Assembly (NCBI GenBank): GCA_002269645.1
Contig: NIVC01000909.1
Location: 304,258 to 368,257, forward strand
From: Macrostomum lignano
Lineage: Eukaryota
DNA length: 64,000 bases
Direction: 5' to 3'
Under the pieces are notes generated by a model. That model was given only the letters and a program-made list of their open reading frames with translations. It was not told where the DNA came from and ran no database searches. Within the stretch, counting starts at the first letter, position 1. Every line of letters begins with the position of its first letter. Shown here piece after piece: positions 1 through 11,354 of the stretch. The position numbers and the translations under genes were made by a program.

Positions 1-589
1 CAGCGCACAGAAAAACAAAAGTTCCAAAAAAGGGATAGCAAATACCAGAAAAGGGAAGAAAAAAGTCCATGGAAAGCAAAGGGAATTAAACATTTAAAGG
101 ACGAGTGACACGAATAATGACAGCGAATGGAAAAATGAAAAAAAAATCGCATGCAATTAATGAAAAATTTAGTTAAACGAGAGATATAGCAAAGTCAGTA
201 TGGCATTTCGCCTGCCACATTTGCTTAAAATGTAGAAGACAGCACGACTACAGTTATTTATTTACACTATGGTAGCATGCTGGTTGCTGTCTCAGCTTGC
301 TCGTTTATTGATAAATTATTGTTACTATTTTAACTAAGCTAATTACTAACTTTTCTAGCGCCATTAAATGTATTCATGTTTTAGTAGATTTAGACATTTT
401 AGTAGATGTTCAATATTCATTGTACCATGACCTTTGTGCCCGCCGGCCGCCGGCGCCGGGCACTTATTCTTGCCTTTTAATGCCATATACTACATTTAAG
501 CCCGCTTGTGGGAAAGAAATATCGAACAAACTGTCTATGTCAAACTTAATTTAATGCAAATTAGCAGGCAGTTAATGACATTCACTCGC

Positions 590-960
590 CCTTGGATGTA
601 CTCGAAGCAGGCGATAGGTCCAAGCTCAACAAAGTTGGGATTCCTAATCAGAGACAGACCCCACTTGGCCAGCAGAAAACGATGAATAGCAGCCCTCATG
701 CAAACTAGTGTGCTGCAACTATAGGCGGAGCTGTCAGCTTTCTATACAATAGAAAACCAGACTCAGAGTCTTAGGTAGGCCTACTGGCATAAATACCTTG
801 ATGGCATAGTCTCTATGTCAGTGGAAAGACCTCTTTCACTCAGAAAAGCCTTCAGTCTTCCAGAGTAGGCATCTATCTGCTTCTCTATTGATTGTACAAC
901 AGCAGCCTTCTCCAGATTAGTTATCTCTTGGAGGTCTATCTTGTCTAATTCAGGAAACTC
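590..960 (-). mobile_element. Degraded Crypton-like (tyrosine-recombinase DNA transposon / KCTD1-ZMYM DUF3504-related) fragment
   Basis: Minus-strand frame reads EFPELDKIDLQEITNLEKAAVVQSIEKQIDAYSGRLKAFLSERGLSTDIETMPSRYLCQ*AYLRL*VWFSIV*KADSSAYSCSTLVCMRAAIHRFLLAKWGLSLIRNPNFVE. This matches the animal Crypton N-terminal pattern (F..WL.ER..DIE.L..EL..L..FY..VRK.DG..Y...SL..IRAAI.R.L....SII.DP.F). Three in-frame stops. Confidence 0.6.
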
Positions 961-1364
961 ATGTTTAGAAGGAACTCGTTGATGCGTCTTGAGTCAACCA
1001 ATAGAAGTTCATCGTATTATGAGACAGCCGATTCATGACTGCGTCTAGTAAATTGACGAGTTACAAATACAAATTCTAATTCATCAGCATTCAATCCACT
1101 TATCTCGCCCTCTGTGATATTGCTATAGTTGATCATGCTTTTAGATCTAGTTTGTCTTAGTCAAACTGTATACAGTCTGTGGTATGATAAGTCTAATCTC
1201 TTCTCTTCTCTTCTTAAGTTAGTACTGTACTATAGCTAAAAATCTTATTTGGTATTTTGTCTATGGCTTTTGGTGGGGGCTTTGCCACCTTTTCTACTCA
1301 CATTTTCTGTCTACCTTTGTCAAGGGCACAAATTTCTATGGCATAATAATAGTAATATCCATGC

Positions 1365-1442
1365 TTTAAGGGCATTAATAGGAAAGTCAGAGGGCACCGT
1401 AGGCCATAGGCGCCCTCTGATTTTCCCATTAATGCCCTTAAA
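1365..1442. repeat. 78-bp imperfect palindrome (hairpin)
   Basis: tttaagggcattaat-aggaaa-gtcagagggc...gccctctga-ttttcc-attaatgcccttaaa; the arms are reverse complements. Confidence 0.8.
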
Positions 1443-2779
1443 GTATAGATATTAATGTATTATTCTTAGACCATTGCTTATTTTATTCTAAGAAGTATTG
1501 AAACTTGGGAATCAAAGATTCATGCAGAGAGTACTAAGAGTAATTGTTATAACCCTTTAATCCTGGTAATGCCTTAGAGACTAGAAAGAATACATGTACC
1601 TTCAGACTGCTCAGTCAATAATATATAAATGCTATCAGAAGGCTATCAGAACACCACTAGAAAGCTACTATAAAACACTACTAGAATGCTACCAGAAAGT
1701 TACTAGAATTAAGCTACTAGAAAGAGTAGGAATTAATAGAATAAGATTATATATAATTAGAGAGGAAAGATGCCTAGCTATGACAACTTGGTGGTATTGG
1801 CATAACAGTTGGATTTATAAAGTAAGAGCAAAAACAACTAGTACACATACCAATTTTATGCATTTCTTACAAATAAAAATGCAAAACTAATTAGAAAAAC
1901 TTTGAAGGCAATGCCCTCTCATAAAGTATTGGTTGTACTATAAATTTCCTATGTTATAAATAAAGTATAGTCAAACTAGCTTTGCTCTCAGCTGTAGTGG
2001 TTGTAGTTGAACTACCTGTGTTCTTAGCTATAGTAGCTATAATCAAACTAGCTATGCTCTTAGCTTTATTAGTTATAGGCCTAGTCAAACTAGCTATGCT
2101 CTTAGTTATAGTTATATAACTATATAGTTATAGTTAAACTAGCCATGTACTTAGCTCTAGTAGTTATAGTCAAACTAGCAATGCTCTCAGCTGTAGTTGT
2201 AGTTGAAGTAACTTTGCTATTAGTTTTCAACATACCAGTCTATTCAAATATAGCATGGAAATTTTTCAAGAATATTTTTTTGAATTTTTTAGAAATGTTT
2301 AGCTTATATTTAATGGAACATTTGACAACACAATTTGTATATGCATTCTAGTGGAATAAACACAAAACATAAAAAGCCATTTGCTAATAAAAAACTACAA
2401 ACTATTTGCTTTAAATGTCTCACCACAAAGAAAGCAAGGCAGCTTACTTTTCTAATAGACCAAATGTCATTGACTTGATGCTCAAATGCCCTGAATGTAC
2501 CAAATGTATTTAGACGTCTATAGATGTTCACCTATTAAATAAGGGTGATAAAATTTGTCATTTGAAAGAATATTCTTGATATGAAAAATAGGAACTGCAT
2601 TAAAAATATGGTGTATAAATCCATATAAATATAAAACTGTGGCTATTCATATAAACATTAGATAGCAGCAATACATACAAAAAATTCATATAAGTCTTTT
2701 TGAATGAATTAAAGTAGCATGCTATAGTGCAATGGAGTCTAACAAATTGTAAACATTATACTTGAAAGTAAAGCAAAGC

Positions 2780-4020
2780 ATGACTTACTGGCCTAAAGTT
2801 TCACATTGGAGTTTTGTGTGAGTGCAGTGCCTTGCAAATAGAAAATAGTGAGGCACTGGTGCACTGCTTGAGCAACTCTATAAGTAGCATAAGGTGAATT
2901 GACATAGCTTTTGGCCTATAAACCTTCTTAGGAATAGATTTTGCAAGCCAATACCCAAGACTAATCAAGGCCTAGTAGATTGAAATGCAGCTAAAAAAGT
3001 GCAACTTGACATTTAGCTCTTTAGCTATAATAGAAATATGGAGCAATTCAAATAATTAGTAGGATGAGTAGTATACAAGATAAATGAACACAATTAATTA
3101 TGAAATGGTGATGGATTTTTCATCTTTTAATAGTCATAATAGATTAAATAGACCTTTTGAATTTGATGTCCAGAATTCCATACACACTGATCACACTTAT
3201 GGTTAAGATGGTTTAACTTTGAACAAAAATTAAAACACAATATGTTCATTAAAAAAAGATAAAATGATAAAAAATTACTTCTCCTTCATCTCAAATTTAT
3301 ATATTGTTATCACTAGCATGCTTGGGCGCAACCTTGAGATTCACTCGGCCGTTTCTATTGGCAACACACACACATGTATGTCGCTATTGGACAGAAAAGT
3401 AGTCACGTGACTGCTCTCAGCCAATAGCGACTTACATGTGTGTGTTGCCAATAGAAACGGCCGGGTGATTCCCAAGGTTGCGCACGTATGATCACTAGTA
3501 TCCAAAAAAAAAAAAGCTATACAAACTATATAACGTAATCATACACCTTATTCAATGATGAAAATTATATCCATTGAAGCTATTACTAGAGTTGTACATA
3601 GGCATAAGATATGGTGCCTTGTCTTCTCATTGACTTGTTAGAAGTATTGGCCCTATACAACTCTAGAATGGACAATGCAAGCTGCTAAAACCCAGTTACA
3701 AACCCACATTCCATTTTTCAACTAGGTGGAAAGGCTGCTCCTAATGATGCCTAGCAAGGCACTTGGCACAAACCTCATTTAGACCACACATGTAGCATTG
3801 GTATGAGCTTTTTGCTTTGGCACACAGTTGGTAAATTCCTTGTTGATTCTGCATTTTATCAAAGCAATCAAGCAGCTCTTGATGTTTTTGCTACTAGCTA
3901 TCAAAGCAGTCCCGCAATTGCTTTTTTATAGCTAGAACAGTTTAGAAAATCAATAGATTCAGTTTCATGCAATAATGAACTTAGCTCCATGGGTTCTTTA
4001 TCTGCCTAATCAGCATCATG
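2780..4020 (-). mobile_element. Degraded KDZ (Kyakuja-Dileera-Zisupton)-type transposon remnant with CxC cysteine-cluster exons
   Basis: Minus strand ~3660-3850 reads IYQLCAKAKSSYQCYMCGLNEVCAKCLARHH*EQPFHLVEKWN (CxC2-like YRC.DC...C..C....H...PFH.IE.WN). Minus ~2790-2990 reads ALISLGYWLAKSIPKKVYRPKAMSIHLMLLIELLKQCTSASLFSICKAL, between an acceptor ttttttag and a donor gtaagt. No catalytic core recognised. Confidence 0.55.
3317..3490. mobile_element. 174-bp palindromic MITE with 8-bp TSD (P- or hAT-like)
   Basis: Direct repeat atcactag at 3309-3316 and 3491-3498. Termini are CAT...ATG. Arms gcgcaaccttgagattcactcggccgtttctattggcaacacac... are reverse complements of ...gtgtgttgccaatagaaacggccgggtgattcccaaggttgcgc. 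Central palindrome agtcacgtgact at 3401-3412. Confidence 0.8.
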
Positions 4021-6279
4021 GCTTCTAAAAATATAACCACATAAAGGTAGTCATAGAATATTAGTACATACCAAAAATAAGAAGACCATTATTGAATTTT
4101 CATTTGCATTGCTTTCTCCACTGCTATTTAAAATTATTCAATTAGCATAGGCAATGTCTATAATCAATTAAGCTATATTTTTATTTTTACTGGCACAAAA
4201 TTTAACTTCTTTATTAAAATGCTCTTGCTTAAGCAAAAAGTAAAATTAGGAGCTTGATAAATATATACAACACTATACCATGGGCTGAATAAATTGAATG
4301 TATGCAATGAAATGAACAATCATAGGTCAATAATTGTATACTTACTTGGTAAATAAATAAAACAGTTAAGACTATAAAAATGTCTCTTACTAGAAAAAAG
4401 AGTTAAAAAAGAATATAAAATAATTTACTTACTCCAGTGATTGATGAGAAGCTCAAAAATGTTTTTGTGCCTACCCAAATGAAACTGTTATAGTTTTGCT
4501 TTGTTTTCCAACTGAGTGTTGCTTTATAACATATGTTTTTGAAACCTTAGAAGTTGTAAACATTTTAGTTCTAGTTCTAAAAATATAGATTAAAATAAAA
4601 AATATTGGACTGGGTCCTAGCTATCTATAACCTTTATTAATACTGTACATTGCTATGTATACTCAGCCTGACCCTTCCTATTCTAGGGGAATCATTAAAA
4701 TTTAATTGCAGCCCCAATATGGCATAGAAGGTTATTTGCATTAAACCTAGGAAATGTGTCACCTACCCCTTCTAATATATAGCAACCTGCAAGCTAAGGT
4801 TGGGGAGGTTGTTTTTACAAACATGCCACTTCCCCTCCACTGGAAAAGCAAAGTGGCCAAAGAAGGTTAAGAAAAGTGTTTTCTGCTTTTTTTCACAAAC
4901 TTAATATTAAAAATATCAACACTAAAATAGCTTATTTGTTGCATAGGAAAATTCTATATTATAATATTTTGCATTTAAGTTTCCAGCCATCTAGGAGATA
5001 CACATTAAACCCAGCCTACTACTCTATCAATTGATTAGTCTGCTCAGCTTTAGATATAAGATATAATACCATATAAAGTTAAGAAAATATAATTTTTATA
5101 ATAAATATAACAAATAACTTTTTGGAAGACAATAACAAGAAACCAATCTGAATACATATCAACATATTAAAAAAGATACAGAACCCAGAGGAATCTGTTT
5201 TCTTGCCCAATCTCCAACTAATAGACCCAAGAAGAATGGCACTGTAGTAGAGGAAGCTACTATTTAGAACAATTACAAGTAGGCCTTGGATGAACTGGAA
5301 GAGCATCCTGCTTATGCATACAACTTGTGGAGTGGGGACAAAATTCAATACTAACAGCAACAGGAAAGGAGGGAGATAGTTGAGAATGGACTATCCATGG
5401 CAATAGACTTATCACCTAGCAAATTAGCAGATGAAATGTAAGAGGACAAATTTGATTACATTATCAATGTTGTGTAAAAGACCTACCATGGAGAAGATCT
5501 ATGACACTATCAATGTTTATGAGATAAACTATTATTGTCAGCCAAATGGGATTTTCAAGCAAATTGAGCAAAGTTATTAGGAGACATCAATCTATTGAAT
5601 AACTACGACACAAGATGCCTGCAGTAGAAAATAGTTTAGACAAAAAGGGTTAATATATGAAAAGCAAATTTATATAGTATGAATGCCTTTTCCATATGCA
5701 AGTACTTTTGTGTGGGACATTTTAAAGGGTAGAGACCTTCCTCTTGGACCTGATCTAATGATCCAATTGTAGATGGCCAATCTGCATCAGATACTAGTAG
5801 ATTGTGTAGGCAATCTTCTTAAGTTGCTTGCTATGTTGACACAAAGGAGCATGCATCGCCTCTCGCTGAGTGTTCTCAATGTGCTCTCTGTTGACCATTG
5901 ATCCTACCGGAGCTAGTGCTGGAGCTGATGGGGCTGTGCTTAGCCGTGGGCTGCGTGCTGTCCATTTTGGCACCTTTTATGATGTCGGCAGCTGCACAGG
6001 ACGCCTTTCCTGGCTCATGGCAGTGGCTGCTTGGCGGTACCTACTGCTGTACAGGTGCCGCAGCCTGAGCATTGATGATGGCGCACACTTTTGTTGTGTA
6101 GATTTGTCAATGCACAACTGCAAGGTGCTTGTTGTAGCAGCTTGTTCTCGAGGCTGCATGTTCGAGTTGCCCCAAGCAGCACCTCGTCCTTGGGGGCTGC
6201 TTGTGGAGCTTCTGATAAGGCTACCAATGAGGGTGCTGACAAGGCTGCCAATGCTGGAGCTTCTGGCAGTGGTGGCATT

Positions 6280-6510
6280 GAAGCTGGCATATCATCTCAG
6301 CTTCTCGAAGAGTCTCGCAAAAAAGAAGCTTCTCACTGCTGAATGGTTGAAGTTCATGTCAATGCATCAGGAGCCAACTAAACCAGTGCAGACCTTTGCC
6401 TAAAGACTCCATGATATGGCCCACTTTTGCAAGTTTGACAAGCTGGATGTGGAAGACCTATCAAGCAGCTGAGGATGAACTCATACAAGCCATGCTTGTC
6501 AGCAGGCTCT
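6280..6510 (+). mobile_element. LTR-retrotransposon gag remnant
   Basis: WLKFMSMHQEPTKPVQTFA*RLHDMAHFCKFD...EDELIQAMLVSRL matches the gag motif F..R.Q...E.V..F..RL..LA..C.F.....D..IRD.LV.GL; one in-frame stop. Confidence 0.55.
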
Positions 6511-6559
6511 ATATATAATGCACAGCACCACAATCAGATTCTGGAGCACATCCAAGGTT

Positions 6560-7330
6560 CATTGGAGAGCACCAAGGGCTCAGTCTCTTGCTATTTACCT
6601 TGCTATTGAATTGGTGTATAAAAGCAACCCAACATCCATTTCATCATCTATGGACCCTCTCCACCAGTTTTCTCCAAAAAAACCTTCCTTAATCTTAACT
6701 TTCATGCCTTGTGCCCCAGACAGTAGAAATCTGGTCTGATCAGATGCTTGCTTCACAGAGCCTACACCATCTGCAACTCCCGGATCAACTTTGACCAAGA
6801 AATCAGGTTTTTGACCAAATTGCTCAAACAAAACGGTTACTCTTTAATGTGATCTTGACCTGATCACATTGATCTGAGTGAACCAACCGGCATTCTCCCT
6901 TTCAAAAATAGGATTTGAAAATTATTCCACAACTTGTTCAACAGCCAAATTCGCATTATTTACCTCTCTTCTAAAGTTGGCAGTTTTGTCAGTCAGTTAA
7001 AGTCGCGTGTACCCCATGCTCTACGTGCAGGTGTTGTCTTACGTGGTGTCTGCTGGTCTGTGGAAAAAACCAAGACACCTGCACACTAGAATTAGGGAGC
7101 ACTGGCTCAAACCAACAGCCATCCAAACCCACCTTTTGGAATGCAACAGCTGCTCCAGTTGCACACCTGATGAATGCTTTAAAATCATCGACCAATGCCC
7201 ATCTGATTACAAACTCAAGATCTTAGAAGCCTTTTACATAAAAAACCAGTCACCCACCTTTAATACGCATGTACTTCAGCATAGTGGTGCAGGCCATGTT
7301 CTCCATATATTCAAAGTGAGAGAGCACTGA
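6560..7330 (+). mobile_element. Penelope-like retroelement 3' remnant (RT C-terminus plus GIY-YIG endonuclease)
   Basis: LNFHALCPRQ*KSGLIRCLLHRAYTICNSRINFDQEIRFLTKLLKQNGYSL, followed by RHLHTRIREH...AIQTHLLECNSC...FKIIDQCPSDYKLKILEAFYIKNQSPTFN; stops and frameshifts present. Confidence 0.8.
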
Positions 7331-7884
7331 CCTTAACTGCTTACAAAAAAATATTTACTTATTAGTTACATTGACAAAAAATAATTTCTAAATTTGCTTT
7401 GTTCACTGTTTCTCTCATTCCAAACAATATGCCTGACAATGCACTTTGGAGTACAAAATGTGTCATAACAACCTATATGTTGATATTCGGCTTTCTCTTT
7501 ATCTGGCATATATTTAATATAACTGGCATACATTTAGTAGACAAAAATGTTTTAATGAAGCTCTTGGTATGTCCTTTGTTATACATTTAGTATAGACATG
7601 TACTCAACATTCAGAAAGGAGGTGCAAAACCCCTTGCTAGAGTTTAGTGTTCACTTTTGACACACAAAGTAGCAAATTTCAACATAAAGTGAACAGACAA
7701 GTTGAAGAACTTTTAAAGAAGCAAGTTAAAAAACTAAAGTTTTATAACTTATTTTTATACTATCATATTTGATATAATATATTTGGTATAGAATCCTATT
7801 TATTACAAAAAAGCAGTTGGTACCTGTTAATAAAAAAACAAATTTAGCAGTAAAGTAAATTATTAGTTTAATAATTAATTGCAG

Positions 7885-10800
7885 AGCTTCTTTGGTCTTG
7901 TCAGCCAAGGCGCCGAGATCGATATCGTTCTCGATGGCCAGGAGAGCAGAAAAACTGCCGAATTGAAACTAGAAGATGGCAGAAAAGAGCGCCTGCCTCT
8001 CTATTACGATGGAGAAACAGTTAGCGGCAAAGTGAACATATTAGTGAAGAAGTCTGGAACAAAATTGGAGCACCAGGGCATTAAAATAGAATTCGTTGGT
8101 CAGATTGGTGAGCTACTTTAAGTAGTATATTAGATTTTTTCAGTTAAAAATCCTATATTTCTACTCTAAGTAGTTAAATTAACAAATTCTATCAGATCTC
8201 TACTTTGACCGCGGCAATCGACACGAATTCGTCTCGATGGTCAGAGAGCTGGCAAGGCCCGGCATTCTTACCCAGGGGGTCTGTTATGGCTTCGAATTTG
8301 TCAACGTTGAGAAGCCATACGAGAGCTACTCTGGAGCTAATGTTAGACTGAGGTAAGTTTATATCCATCCTATATACTAAAAATGGTCTGTCTGTGTCTA
8401 TGTGATCGATTAGAGAAAAAATGGCCCTCTGGGTATTTCTCAAAATACCCAGATCGAGAATTGTATCGACTAAAAATTTCTCCTTAACCGCAGATACTAC
8501 TTACGAGTGACAGTAGTCAAACGCCTGAGCGATTTAGTCAAAGAGCAGGACATTTGCGTGCACACACTGGCCCAATATCCTGACTTGAATAGTAGCATTA
8601 AAATGGAAGTCGGCATTGAGGACTGTTTGCACATCGAGTTCGAGTATAACAAATCAAAATATCACCTGAAAGATGTCATAGTTGGTAAAATCTTTTTCCT
8701 ATTGGTTCGAATTAAAATTCGCCACATGGAGGTGCAGATTATTCGGAGAGAGTTAGCGGGCTCCGGTCCGGCCGCTCTGAATGAAAGCGAAACTCTGGCT
8801 AAGTTTGAGATCATGGACGGAGCCCCAGTCAGAGGGGAGTCTATCCCTATTCGATTGTTTCTGAGCGGCTACGATTTGACTCCATCAATGCGAGACGTTA
8901 ATAAGAAGTTCTCGGTGAAATACTATTTGAATCTGGTGCTGGTGGACGAGGAGGAAAGAAGATATTTTAAACAGCAGGTAGAGCTTTCATTCACGTCTGT
9001 CATGCTGCTTTTATACGAGGTAGGGTGGTCATGTGGGGATCAGAGTAGGGTGGTCATGTGTGAGTCAGAGTAGGGTGGTCATGTGGGGGTCAGAGTAGGG
9101 TGGTCATGTGGGGGTCAGAGTAGGGTGGTCATGTGTGGGTCAGAGTAGGGTGGTCATGTGGGGGTCAGAGTAGGGTGGTCATGTGGGGATCAGAGTAGGG
9201 TGGTCATGTGGGGGTCAGGGTAGGGTGGTCAGGTGGGGGTCAGAGTAGGGTGGTCATGTGTGGGTCAGAGTAGGGTGGTCAGGTGGGGGTCAGAGTAGGG
9301 TGGTCATGTGTGGGTCAGAGTAGGGTGGTCAGGTGGGGGTCAGAGTAGGGTGGTCATGTGGGGATCAGAGTAGGGTGGTCATGTGGGGTTCAGGGTAGGG
9401 TGGTCATGTGGGGGTCAGAGTAGGGTGGTCATGTGTGGGTCAGAGTAGGGTGGTCATGTTGGGGTCAGTGTAGGGTGGTCATGTGGGGGTCAGAGTAGGG
9501 TGGTCATGTGTGGGTCAGAGTAGGGTGGTCATGTGGGGGTCAGAGTAGGGTGGTCATGTGGGGGTCAGAGTAGGGTGGTCATGTTGGGGTCAGAGTAGGG
9601 TGGTCATGTTGGGGTCAGAGTAGGGTGGTCAAGTGGGGGTCAGAGTAGGGTGGTCATGTGTGGGTCAGAGTAGGGTGGTCATGTGGGGGTCAGAGTAGGG
9701 TGGTCATGTTGGGGTCAGAGTAGGGTGGTCATGTGTGGGTCAGAGTAGGGTGGTCAGGTGGGGGTCAAGGTAGTGTGGTCAGGTAGGGTGGTCAGGGTAG
9801 GGTGGTCATGTGGGGGTCAGGTAGGGTGGTCATGTGTGGGTCAGAGTAGGGTGGTCATGTGTGGGTCAGAGTAGGGTGGTCATGTGTGGGTCAGAGTAGG
9901 GTGGTCAGGTGGGGGTCAGAGTAGGGTGGTCATGTGGGGGTCAGAGTAGGGTGGTCATGTGTGGGTCAGAGTAGGGTGGTCATGTGGGGGTCAGAGTAGG
10001 GTGGTCATGTTGGGGTCAGAGTAGGGTGGTCATGTTGGGGTCAGAGTAGGGTGGTCATGTGGGGGTCAGAGTAGGGTGGTCATGTGGGGGTCAGAGTAGG
10101 GTGGTCATGTTGGGGTCAGAGTAGGGTGGTCAGGTGGGGGTCAAGGTAGTGTGGTCAGGTAGGGTGGTCAGGGTAGGGTGGTCATGTGGGGGTCAGGTAG
10201 GGTGGTCATGTGTGGGTCAGAGTAGGGTGGTCATGTGTGGGTCAGAGTAGGGTGGTCATGTGGGGGTCAGAGTAGGGTGGTCATGTGTGGGTCAGAGTAG
10301 GGTGGTCATGTTGGGGTCAGAGTAGGGTGGTCATGTGTGGGTCAGAGTAGGGTGGTCATGTTGGGGTCAGAGTAGGGTGGTCATGTGGGGGTCAGAGTAG
10401 GGTGGTCATGTGTGGGTCAGAGTAGGGTGGTCATGTTGGGGTCAGAGTAGGGTGGTCATGTGTGGGTCAGAGTAGGGTGGTCAGGTGGGGGTCAGAGTAG
10501 GGTGGTCATGTGGGGGTCAGAGTAGGGTGGTCATGTTGGGGTCAGAGTAGGGTGGTCATGTGGGGGTCAGAGTAGGGTGGTCATGTGGGGGTCAGAGTAG
10601 GGTGGTCATGTGTGGGTCAGAGTAGGGTGGTCATGTGGGGGTCAGAGTAGGGTGGTCATGTTGGGGTCAGAGTAGGGTGGTCATGGACTCGGGGGTCAGG
10701 GTAGGTAATCATGTGGCGGTCAGGATATGGTAGTCATGTGGGGGTCAGGGTAAGGTGGTCATCTGGGGATCAGGTAGGAGGTAATTTGGGGGGGGTCAGT

Positions 10801-11220
10801 AGGTTTGTCAGGTCATGCAAGGAGTCAAGCGAGTCAGCTGAATTTTTAAATCTCTTAATTTTAACCGCACCGCAGGAGATCACTCTGTTCCGCAGAGCGG
10901 AGAAGCGGCGCAGACCCATAGCAAACAGCTACATTGAGCAGGCGATATTTCATCACAGAACTGCTCAATTCGGTCAACAGCAGCAACCAACTACTCGGGC
11001 TCAGCAGCAGCAGTCGCAAGCGACTCCGCCTTTGACAACGCCGGAGGATGCCGCCGCCGCCGCTATTAGTCCTGGTCGCCATGGCGACGCCAACAACTCA
11101 GCAGCTGATAGTCCCGAGTTGGAGTCCGGCTCTACTCACGTCTCGCCAGCTTTGCCAGCCGCGAGATCGGCACCGGGGATTAAGGATGTGCTCGGAGAAG
11201 ATGATGACGATAACTATTGA
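7885..11220 (+). CDS. VPS26: Vacuolar protein sorting-associated protein 26 (retromer subunit); exons 7885-8107, 8196-8352, 8494-8977, 10876-11220; initiator ATG not located
   Basis: Spliced translation SFFGLVSQGAEIDIVLDG...YYDGETVSGKVNI...LEHQGIKIEFVGQI|DLYFDRGNRHEF...VEKPYESYSGANVRLR|YYLRVTVVKRL...IKMEVGIEDCLHIEFEYNKSKYHLKDVIVGKIFFLLVRIKI...EIMDGAPVRGESIPIRLFL...RRYFKQQ|EITLFRR. All junctions are GT-AG and phase-compatible. Confidence 0.95.
8362..8430 (+). repeat. Short dispersed repeat, possibly a Helitron 5' end; second copy ~48195-48275
   Basis: atccatcctatatactaaaaatggtct...gatcgattagagaaaaaa recurs as atccatctactaaaaatggtct...gatcgattagagaaaaaa near 48195. The Helitron assignment rests only on resemblance to TCTATACTAA-type 5' ends. 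Confidence 0.4.
9020..10800 (+). repeat. 25-bp G-rich minisatellite in VPS26 intron
   Basis: Unit tagggtggtcatgtgggggtcagag in tandem. Confidence 0.95.
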
Positions 11221-11354
11221 TGCTGGGCTCGTGTAGGTCGCTCTCGGGGTTCTTTTTGTCTGTTTTTTTTAGGGTCAGCTGCTAGTTCTATTTTGTAAAC
11301 AAATTGGTGTTTGCAAATTAGTGTAGAACAGATAAGAATACCGCAATATCTTAA

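Noticed and set aside
434-462. GC-rich stem gtgcccg...cgggcac as a Helitron 3' hairpin or terminator
   Set aside because: No CTRR terminus follows, and intrinsic terminators are not relevant in this eukaryotic context.
5175-5750. Protein-looking + frame with about 12 stops, considered as hypermutated (RIP-like) coding DNA
   Set aside because: That stop density is close to random expectation for this AT content and I recognise no homology.
10711-10875. ORF-track start for the last VPS26 segment
   Set aside because: The ATG lies in the decayed tail of the intronic repeat; the real exon starts at the acceptor at 10876.
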